DNA of 61,701 nucleotides from a virus (taxonomy: Duplodnaviria > Caudoviricetes). Made by a program: the position numbers and the translations under genes. The stretch is from positions 1 to 61,701 of IMG/VR virus record IMGVR_UViG_3300043171_000134; one strand, written 5' to 3'. Positions 54,401 through 61,701 of this stretch are shown piece after piece. Below the pieces are notes generated by a model. It was not told the origin of the DNA. It saw only the letters and a program-made list of their open reading frames with translations, and made no database searches. Numbering within the stretch: position 1 is the first letter of the stretch; the number at the start of each line of letters is the position of its first letter.

Positions 54401-57400
54401 GTTCACTCGAAGCGTGTATCAGAAAAGCCGGTAAGCTACTTCGCAAAGATGATGCCGACGCAATCCGCAAAATTCGTGACGACATTTACGGAGTCGGTGA
54501 TGTATCTCGGGATGCAGCGAACCAAAATGCTGTCGATGAGTATGTTCAGATCCTTGACGAGGAACGTGACACCATAGTCAACCAGGTGGAAGAACGTGGC
54601 GGCGTAATGGCTGACCGGAGATTGTCACCGTCTGAATTCGCAAAGGAAACTGCGGTAAAGATGGAAGAAGAAGCGCGAGTATTTCCGAGGCTCGGTATGC
54701 AACGCGACAAGGATCACCGCCTCGACATGCTCGATATGCCGCCGGCAGATCTGCATGAGATTTTGAAACAGTTCGACCCGGAGCTGGCCCTGACGATGTT
54801 GCAGGAACATGGCGGCTTAAATGCTCTGCAAGCATTGGAAGGTGTCGAGCGAATAAACGCAATGGAAATTTACATCGAGAATATCGAGCCGTTTCTTTCC
54901 GACGAGCCGGCGCTTCGCTACATGAAGGATCTGTTCGGCAAGGAGATCCCCGAGCGGAAAGAAAAAGCACCGAAGCGTGAAGAACTGCAGGACGATATGT
55001 TTGGAGCTGATCTGGCAGCGCAAAAACTCTCGGACCTCCAACGCAAAAGGGATCGTGAGCGCAATATTGGGCAGGAAGATTTGGAAACGGGTGACGTTAG
55101 CGACTTGTTCAGTGAAGCTCGCGAACAGGTAGATATTGAAGATGTGACAGGCAAAAGACCAGATTACGAAATCATCCCAAATGAAATGCAAGGTGGTTTC
55201 ATGGTTCGTTTGAAAAGCAACAAGCTGTTGCGAACTTGGTTTCCGACGCGCGAGGCCGCGCAAGCAGAAGTTGACAGATTGACCAACACAGCTACGGATC
55301 AAGAAATAAGTGACGCTATCGACAATGCGTTAAGGAGCGGCAAGAATCTCAGATACAAAGTGGACGACATATTCGAGCGTGACAACGTAGATGCCAATCC
55401 AGACAACCCAATGGCTGTTTTAACGAAACACGGCGCGGCAATGCAACTTGCCCAAGAATCAACCCCGACAAAAAGGGGCGGCTTTCGCGGACTGATCGAC
55501 AGTATTCTCAAATCTGGCGATATGAAAATCGAAGGTATTTTGATGGCCGTACCACAGTCGAAATTAAAAGACTTTATTCGTTACGGCATGGTTTCGGTCA
55601 AAGATTACGTCAATGAAGTGAAGCTCATGGACGCGTATATGAATCGGCTCATGGAAGGTCACGCCATTCTTGGAAAGAAATGGCTGGCTTTTAATAACAA
55701 GAACAAAGATGGGGCCAAGCTGCTCGGTGAGTTTATACACGCATCGACACTGGCAGGCGTCGATCCGATTGCGTATCAAGCCCCGGACGCTGCTACGTTC
55801 AAAAAGATGAACAAGACACAACGCAAGATTTGGCGCAAACGTGCGATAGATCACAAGGTTTTAATGCCGTTTTGGGAAAAGCTCGGCGGCATGGGTGAAC
55901 AAGTCGATTACACGCATAAAGAATTAGATCCGGTCACCGACAAATACGTTGAAACGTATTCGATGAAGGTGTCCGAAGCGCAGGCGATCTATCTGGAAGT
56001 GCGGGATACATATGCCGATCAACGCACTCGAGTAATTCACGGTCTTGAAGAACGCATCATGGAAACCGAAGCTGACCAAGCATTGAAAGTGAAATTGATC
56101 ACGCAGCTACGCAGACAGTTTGAAGTCGGCAAGATCGTGCCGTATTTCCCGCTGCAGCGTTTCGGCAGATATTGGGTTATTGCACAAGATCCGGATACTG
56201 GCGAAATCGTCGGATTCTTCAAACGAGAAAAACGCAGTGAGCGTAACAAGTTGGTCGCAGAGCTGCGCGAGCAGAAATTTGTCGCATTCCCGGCAGAAGA
56301 AATGGCGACTGACTTTGCTGCGGTCAATAAGATAGATCCGACTTTCGTTACTAAGGTAACGGGTATGCTCAAAGAAGCGGATGTTGTTTTTACAGATCCG
56401 GAGACAGGAGAGAAAACGACTCAACCAGGCACAGCGATTCAAGATGAGATCTGGCAGTTGTATCTCCGATCACTTCCGGAAATGTCTGCCCGAAAAGCCT
56501 ACATTCATCGTAAAGGCCGACTTGGATTTACGCATGATGCTTTGCGGGCCTTTGGAGATAACACATTTCACAGCACTCACCAGTTGGCAAAACTCAAACA
56601 CGGTTATGAATTGAACAGAAAACTCCGTGACGCTGGTGTAGAAGCGGAAGTTTTGCTGCAACGAGCGGCCTTGATTGACAACATGGAAAAACTCGACTAC
56701 CGCCCGGAAGGATACGAAGGTATGTCAATGCACGATGTTTTGTGGGAGATGGCAGCACCGGAATATCGAGGGTTGTATCACAAATATCAAAAGGAAAACG
56801 GCACTCAAGATAATGCCTTACTCGATCAGGATGCAGCTGATCGAGCGCGAGCAAAAATCAAAGCTGAATCAGAGCATGACGGTGATTGGGCTGTTCCGGT
56901 TGCCAGAGAGTTGGCGAAGCGACACGAATACACAATGAATCCGAAATCAGCGGCATGGGCTACGAATCTGACTGCGTTCGGTTTCCTGTGGTTCCTGAGT
57001 ACGTCGCCGGCAGCTGGCGTTTTGAACCTGACACAAACCGCGATTTCAGCGTACCCGATCTTACGCGCCAAATTCATGGGTGCTGGCGCTGGCATGGCTT
57101 TGTTGAAAGCGTCGAAGGAATACTCCACAGCTCCCACCATCGAAAAGTATATGAGCAAGCTGCACAACGATATGTTTGACGATCCGACACAGCCAGGGAC
57201 ACAGCTGGAAGCGCCGGATCGTGGGGAAAAAGCTGCGCTGCAATACTTCGATGAGATCGGCATGTTTGCCAAAACCCGAGTTCGGGAAATGATGGGTTTT
57301 GCCGAGCGAGGTGCGGAATTCGGTGACACTCGCGAGCGGATAATGAAAATGACCGGATGGATTTTCCACAAGTCCGAAGAAATGAATCGCGTCGTTACCG

Positions 57401-58554
57401 CTATGGCCGCGTACCGGCTTGCTCGCAGAAAGTTTGCCGGCGACACAGGAACAGAGCAGGACAAGCATGAAAGGGCTGTCGAATTGGCCGAAGAACTGGT
57501 CGAAATGTCGCATTACGATTACACCAATACGAACCGACCTCGCCTGATGCAAGGCGATATGGGTCGAGTGGTATTCCTGTTCCGCAATTACAGTCTGAAT
57601 ATGCAGTACAGGCTGATCCGTGATTTCAAGGACGGGATTTGGAAGAACAAAGATATTCCAAAGCAGGATCGTATAGAAGCGAGACAACGATTCATCGGCA
57701 TCATTGGAATGACCAGTTTATTTGCCGGCCTATCTGGCTGGCCGCTGGTTGCCGGCGTCAGATTTCTGCTCGACACAATGCTTGGCGACGACGACGAACC
57801 ATTTGACTCCCGCACCGAGCTGCGTAAGTGGATGACAGAGGCATGGGGTGAAACAGCATCCGAGGCGATCTGGAAGGGACCGTGGGACACCATGACTCAG
57901 GCAACGCTATCGAGTCGCGCCAGCCTGAACAATCTCTGGATTCGGGAAATGCCGCAAAATCTTCGTGGCAAAGATCTGTTGTTGCATCTGGCCGGCGAAG
58001 GACTCGGGCCGATCATGGGTATCGGTTTGAATATGGCACAAGGCTTTTCGGATTTTCAAGGTGGACATACTGGTCGAATGTGGGAACGAATCGTGCCGAA
58101 GGCTGCTTCTGACGTTATGAAAGGATTTCGCTTTATGACGCAGGGCGCGCAGACCTATCAAAAAGATCTGATTATGACGCCGGAGGAATTCAACAGTTGG
58201 GATCTCGCTGTTCAATTCATGGGTTTTACGCCTGCCAATCTGACCCTTCGTTACGAGCAAAACCGGGCGATCAAGGATATGGAAGCGAAGCTAAAAACGC
58301 GTCGCACTCACATTCTCAATACCCTGTTTAATGCCTACAAAATGGGAGATCGAAGCGGTGCGCGTGAAGCGATGCAATGGGTACTTGCTTGGAACAAGGC
58401 CAATCCTCGATTTCCGATTAACCCGAACACGATTCTGCGGTCCGCACAAACCCGAGCTGATTACGATATGCGAACAGTCGGCGGCATAGCTGTCGATAGA
58501 CGACTGCAATATCTCCAACAAGAACTGCGATTCACTGAGAGGCCGAACCGATGA
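54397..58554 (+). CDS. Large injected protein with PLxRFG domain
   Basis: YFPLQRFGRY; long helical C-terminal region of internal-virion type. Confidence 0.82.
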   Translation: MSSLEACIRKAGKLLRKDDADAIRKIRDDIYGVGDVSRDAANQNAVDEYVQILDEERDTIVNQVEERGGVMADRRLSPSEFAKETAVKMEEEARVFPRLGMQRDKDHRLDMLDMPPADLHEILKQFDPELALTMLQEHGGLNALQALEGVERINAMEIYIENIEPFLSDEPALRYMKDLFGKEIPERKEKAPKREELQDDMFGADLAAQKLSDLQRKRDRERNIGQEDLETGDVSDLFSEAREQVDIEDVTGKRPDYEIIPNEMQGGFMVRLKSNKLLRTWFPTREAAQAEVDRLTNTATDQEISDAIDNALRSGKNLRYKVDDIFERDNVDANPDNPMAVLTKHGAAMQLAQESTPTKRGGFRGLIDSILKSGDMKIEGILMAVPQSKLKDFIRYGMVSVKDYVNEVKLMDAYMNRLMEGHAILGKKWLAFNNKNKDGAKLLGEFIHASTLAGVDPIAYQAPDAATFKKMNKTQRKIWRKRAIDHKVLMPFWEKLGGMGEQVDYTHKELDPVTDKYVETYSMKVSEAQAIYLEVRDTYADQRTRVIHGLEERIMETEADQALKVKLITQLRRQFEVGKIVPYFPLQRFGRYWVIAQDPDTGEIVGFFKREKRSERNKLVAELREQKFVAFPAEEMATDFAAVNKIDPTFVTKVTGMLKEADVVFTDPETGEKTTQPGTAIQDEIWQLYLRSLPEMSARKAYIHRKGRLGFTHDALRAFGDNTFHSTHQLAKLKHGYELNRKLRDAGVEAEVLLQRAALIDNMEKLDYRPEGYEGMSMHDVLWEMAAPEYRGLYHKYQKENGTQDNALLDQDAADRARAKIKAESEHDGDWAVPVARELAKRHEYTMNPKSAAWATNLTAFGFLWFLSTSPAAGVLNLTQTAISAYPILRAKFMGAGAGMALLKASKEYSTAPTIEKYMSKLHNDMFDDPTQPGTQLEAPDRGEKAALQYFDEIGMFAKTRVREMMGFAERGAEFGDTRERIMKMTGWIFHKSEEMNRVVTAMAAYRLARRKFAGDTGTEQDKHERAVELAEELVEMSHYDYTNTNRPRLMQGDMGRVVFLFRNYSLNMQYRLIRDFKDGIWKNKDIPKQDRIEARQRFIGIIGMTSLFAGLSGWPLVAGVRFLLDTMLGDDDEPFDSRTELRKWMTEAWGETASEAIWKGPWDTMTQATLSSRASLNNLWIREMPQNLRGKDLLLHLAGEGLGPIMGIGLNMAQGFSDFQGGHTGRMWERIVPKAASDVMKGFRFMTQGAQTYQKDLIMTPEEFNSWDLAVQFMGFTPANLTLRYEQNRAIKDMEAKLKTRRTHILNTLFNAYKMGDRSGAREAMQWVLAWNKANPRFPINPNTILRSAQTRADYDMRTVGGIAVDRRLQYLQQELRFTERPNR

Positions 58555-59006
58555 ATTTTACAAAGGAACACGCTTTCGATCTTGCGCAACGATACGCCGG
58601 CATGAAAGAAGTCGGTGGATCTGTAGATAACCCTCAGATCATGTCAATGCTCAATCTCGATATGAGCTGGCCGGAAAATGACGAAGTGCCGTGGTGCAGC
58701 GCATTCGTAAATTACATCTGCTGGCTGGCGCGTATGCCGCGCTCGAAGAATCTCCGCGCCCGGTCATGGCTGATAATCGGAAAAGGCATCAACCTGGACA
58801 ACGCCGAACCCGGCGATATCATCATCCTAAAACGCGGATCTGGCGACCAGCCCGGCCCGGAAGTTCTCAAAGCTCCGGGGCATGTAGGCTTTTATGCTGG
58901 CCGTTTTGGCGAATTCATCGAAGTGCTCGGTGGCAATCAATCCGACACTGTGAAAGTATCCCGATACCCGACAAAGCGGCTATTGGGTGTTAGGAGACTG
59001 ACATGA
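58551..59006 (+). CDS. Endolysin, TIGR02594/NlpC-P60 type
   Basis: DEVPWCSAFVN, ARSW, GHVGFY, LGGNQS. Confidence 0.9.
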   Translation: MNFTKEHAFDLAQRYAGMKEVGGSVDNPQIMSMLNLDMSWPENDEVPWCSAFVNYICWLARMPRSKNLRARSWLIIGKGINLDNAEPGDIIILKRGSGDQPGPEVLKAPGHVGFYAGRFGEFIEVLGGNQSDTVKVSRYPTKRLLGVRRLT

Positions 59007-59422
59007 GAAAGCTGTTTCAATTCTTTATCGCCGCACTACTGCTCGGATCGCTCACGATCACATCGGCACAATCCCCGACCTACCCTCGGGATGCGATTGT
59101 TTGCTGGACTCACCCGACTGAGTACGAACTGTTGCCGGGTCAGACCGTTGCCGATCCGATCCTTGACGGAGATCTCGCCAACACACGCATTACGGCCGAG
59201 CGCCAGAGCGGGATAGTGATCATTGATGAACTGGTTCCCGTAACCGGAGTGCCAGGTAGCGCCCAATGCAAAACTTTTGTCGGTGCGATCCCGCAGCCCG
59301 GCACATACACATTCCTCGGGTACAGCATTACTGTTGACGATATTAGTTCGGACGCCAGCGCAGCGGCGGTCAAAAAGTACACGGGAAAGCCCCGCCCCCC
59401 GGCAGGTCTGGGTGTTCAATAG
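59003..59422 (+). CDS. Secreted FN3-like single-domain protein
   Basis: Signal peptide; W..P, GTYTF, S..S, P.PP.GL. Confidence 0.6.
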   Translation: MRKLFQFFIAALLLGSLTITSAQSPTYPRDAIVCWTHPTEYELLPGQTVADPILDGDLANTRITAERQSGIVIIDELVPVTGVPGSAQCKTFVGAIPQPGTYTFLGYSITVDDISSDASAAAVKKYTGKPRPPAGLGVQ

Positions 59423-59437
59423 GATAGGAGTTAAATC

Positions 59438-59641
59438 ATGGCATTAAGCAAACCATCAAGTACGATCCAAGCAGCCGGCATTGCTGGATTTATTGCGGCG
59501 TCTTTGCTGTTGGTAGTTAAGCTCGCATGGCCGCAGATCTATGTGCAGATCCCGCCCGAATATCAGGGCTATCTGGTCACTGCAATTATGATCGGCTTTG
59601 GCTACTTCAAGAAAGAAAACGTACTGCCGTTGAAGAAATGA
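59438..59641 (+). CDS. Holin (two TM helices)
   Basis: Two hydrophobic segments and a basic C-terminus; located in the lysis cassette. Confidence 0.7.
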   Translation: MALSKPSSTIQAAGIAGFIAASLLLVVKLAWPQIYVQIPPEYQGYLVTAIMIGFGYFKKENVLPLKK

Positions 59642-59982
59642 AGATCTGGACTTGGCTCAAATCACTTAGTTGGATCGCGATTGCAGGAGCGATTGGCACG
59701 GCAGCATTGATGATCATCAACGCTCGCCGGGCCGGCGCATTGGAAGTAACGGTTGCGCATGGCGAATCGCAGATCAAAGAGCTTAACAAGGGATCTGCAG
59801 CTGACATTCACGCGGCGAGAAAACTGCAAAGTCAGATCGACGCGAAAAAGATAGATGCACGTTTGGTGCGCAAGAAATCCGAGGCTAGTTTAGAGAGGCT
59901 AGGTCAAGATGAAACTATGGCTGATATTGCTGCTCGCTTTAACGGCTCAAGGGTGCGCCGTCGAAAGGATGCAGCTCCCTGA
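59638..59982 (+). CDS. Inner-membrane spanin (Rz-like)
   Basis: N-terminal TM helix plus coiled coil; ATGA overlap; overlaps the lipoprotein gene. Confidence 0.7.
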   Translation: MKIWTWLKSLSWIAIAGAIGTAALMIINARRAGALEVTVAHGESQIKELNKGSAADIHAARKLQSQIDAKKIDARLVRKKSEASLERLGQDETMADIAARFNGSRVRRRKDAAP

Positions 59983-60316
59983 CTTCGAGGAAGCCGAGCG
60001 ATCGGGCAAAGAAGTAACCGACCCGACTGGCTATCCGGTGCTGTGCGAGATCCCTAATTGGGACGTACAGTGCTGGCAAGCGTTCACGGTGTTCGAGGAA
60101 ATTGCCGTGGATAATCTTGAATTGGCCCAACTAAACGCCGACATTGCGAGAGATTCCGATGCAGCTTACGACCACATTCTCAACGCCGCGAAAGCGCAAC
60201 AAGAAATTTCCAAGATTCGGGAGGAAATGCTCGAACAAGAGCGCCGGGATCATCTGTTCGACAATGTTAAATACCTTGCCATTATCGGCGTCGGCATTTT
60301 AGGAGTGGCGCTATGA
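59909..60316 (+). CDS. Outer-membrane spanin-like lipoprotein with an extra C-terminal hydrophobic helix
   Basis: MKLWLILLLALTAQG-C lipobox; ends YLAIIGVGILGVAL. Confidence 0.7.
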   Translation: MKLWLILLLALTAQGCAVERMQLPDFEEAERSGKEVTDPTGYPVLCEIPNWDVQCWQAFTVFEEIAVDNLELAQLNADIARDSDAAYDHILNAAKAQQEISKIREEMLEQERRDHLFDNVKYLAIIGVGILGVAL

Positions 60317-61203
60317 AGAAACGGACTAAGAACATTTTCTGGCTTACTGTAGGAATACTTCTGACGCTTTGGGTGTTGTCCATGCTTGTGCCGGTAGTGT
60401 TCGCATCCGAGGACGACGATGGTTGCAGAAACGGACATTTCCAATGCGGTCACGACGATGGCAACGACGGTGGTGCTGGCGGTGCTGGTGGTGATGGTGG
60501 TGATGGCGGGTCTGGTGGCACTGGTGGTGACGGTGGCGAGGCTGATGCAAACGCGGAAGCGATAGCCAATGCGGAAGGTGGTGCTGGTGGAGCTGGCGGC
60601 GGCGGTGATGCGTCAGTCGTTTTCGGCAAGCGGGCGCCGACTAATTTCCTTTATATGCAGAACCAGGTGGAGGCTTGCGGGCGCACGTTCGGCTTTAGTG
60701 GATCGAATACGTCCGGGGGATGGGCCTTCGGGATCCCGATCCCACGCAGCTGGACGCCGACTTGCGATTTGTGGAAAGCGGCCGAGGAAGCGCAGCAAAA
60801 TCAATTCGTCTATCTCAGCTATATGTTCCAGTGCAGCATCAATGCTGTACGGAATGTAATGGGGGATGAATTGTGCAGTGAATTTGAATCGCTGGCGCTG
60901 GTCGAAATGGGGATCGTCACGGAAGCACCGGATCTCGGTGGGCTATACGATCAGGCCGCGCAATCCGGCTGGATGCTGGCCGAAGTCACCGAAGAAGAAT
61001 ATATCGAACAACAGCAAATGATCGCGGACAAATTTGCTCAGTACGACAACCTGATTGAAGAACGGCAAAAGGAACACGAACTTGATGATGCGGAAATCGC
61101 ACGATTGCAGGAAGAAGCAGCTGCGCGGGAAGCGGAGCTAAAGAAGGATGATGCCCGACGCGCAGCGGCCCGAGCCGTATTGGAAGATGAGGGGGAATCG
61201 TAA
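60313..61203 (+). CDS. Exported Gly-rich, Cys-containing protein
   Basis: N-terminal signal/TM helix, GGAGGDGG repeats, several Cys, C-terminal coiled coil. Confidence 0.7.
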   Translation: MKKRTKNIFWLTVGILLTLWVLSMLVPVVFASEDDDGCRNGHFQCGHDDGNDGGAGGAGGDGGDGGSGGTGGDGGEADANAEAIANAEGGAGGAGGGGDASVVFGKRAPTNFLYMQNQVEACGRTFGFSGSNTSGGWAFGIPIPRSWTPTCDLWKAAEEAQQNQFVYLSYMFQCSINAVRNVMGDELCSEFESLALVEMGIVTEAPDLGGLYDQAAQSGWMLAEVTEEEYIEQQQMIADKFAQYDNLIEERQKEHELDDAEIARLQEEAAAREAELKKDDARRAAARAVLEDEGES

Positions 61204-61490
61204 TGGATAAAGCAATACAACATAACGTGATCACGGCAGTGGTGACTGCCGGCGTTCTCGGCGTTCTCGGTTGGGCTGGCGGGGTGTTCGAGGCTGGATC
61301 TACTGCCCTCGATGAGCAGCAGATCGAAGCCGTTATTGCGCGGGTAATGGTGACGGATTCAGGTCAGACTTTTGCACAAGCACTGAATTCGTTGAATAAC
61401 ACATCAATCGTGTTGGACACTACCGTCAAAGAATTGACTAAGGAAGTCGATGATTTGGAAGTTGCCGTGCTTGCGCTGGCATCAGAGTGA
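61203..61490 (+). CDS. Membrane-anchored coiled-coil protein
   Basis: TAATG overlap; N-terminal TM helix. Confidence 0.65.
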   Translation: MDKAIQHNVITAVVTAGVLGVLGWAGGVFEAGSTALDEQQIEAVIARVMVTDSGQTFAQALNSLNNTSIVLDTTVKELTKEVDDLEVAVLALASE

Positions 61491-61491
61491 A

Positions 61492-61701
61492 TCAGGCTGC
61501 ATCATCCCAATCTTCCATCTGCCGAATAGCTTCCTTCTTCTTCTGCTCGAAAAACTTACCCACGGCATCTACATGAGCGACGGTGCGCCCTGCCAGATCG
61601 AAGGTAGGGACCGGGAACTTGCCTAGCCGGATGGCTCGCTTTGCGGCCCGGACGTTCACGTATTCAAAGATCTCGATCAGCTCATCGAGTTCAAGGATGG
61701 G
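61492..61701 (-). CDS. 76-aa PrtN/AlpA/excisionase-like DNA-binding protein spanning the circular junction (ATG at 148, stop at 61492-61494)
   Basis: Hand translation across the junction: METQNLLPILELDELIEIFEYVNVRAAKRAIRLGKFPVPTFDLAGRTVAHVDAVGKFF...; the IRLGKFPVP pattern resembles AlpA/PrtN winged HTH proteins; missing from the ORF track. Confidence 0.7.
   Translation of the reverse strand, partial: PILELDELIEIFEYVNVRAAKRAIRLGKFPVPTFDLAGRTVAHVDAVGKFFEQKKKEAIRQMEDWDDAA
61575..61701. repeat. Terminal direct repeat, copy 2
   Basis: Identical to 1-127. Confidence 0.95.

Noticed and set aside
1-61701. Genome-wide excess of GCCGGC as a signal
   Set aside because: Frequent by eye, but largely explained by Ala-Gly codon pairs; it needs a codon-controlled count that I cannot run
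1-61701. tRNA, rRNA, integrase or phage RNA polymerase genes
   Set aside because: No cloverleaf with a T-loop consensus in the intergenic gaps, and no recombinase or RNA polymerase motifs recognised; divergent examples could have been missed

Overview
The window is an apparently complete, circularly assembled dsDNA phage genome of about 61,574 bp. Bases 61575-61701 repeat bases 1-127, which looks like an assembler overlap. The phage is podovirus-like, and its spanins and sigma70-like promoters point to a Gram-negative host. There are four transcription blocks. (1) A leftward replication operon (8106 to 181, continuing across the junction) encodes a DUF2800-like nuclease, DUF2815-like SSB, a SET-domain methyltransferase, family A DNA polymerase, GIY-YIG and VRR-NUC nucleases, an SNF2 helicase and a PrtN-like regulator. 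(2) A rightward block (8303-13128) runs from a Cro-like gene to a primase/SF3 helicase and is followed by an AT-rich inverted-repeat origin candidate. (3) A leftward early region (19379 to 13352) holds small genes including radC/JAB, a DUF2958-like gene and a Cys-rich GP88-like gene. (4) A rightward late block (20279-61490) encodes terminase, portal, scaffold, capsid, tail tube proteins, a modular LamG tail fibre, ejection proteins (one with a Hint autoprocessing domain), two giant polyvalent proteins separated by a 32x20-aa repeat fibre cassette, and an expanded lysis cassette. I saw no integrase, tRNA or CRISPR array. The most striking observation is a structured, terminator-ended small RNA candidate at about 20135-20248. 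It is complementary to the ribosome-binding regions of at least four distant early and middle genes, with a two-site match at one of them. All family assignments come from motif recognition by eye; no database search was run.
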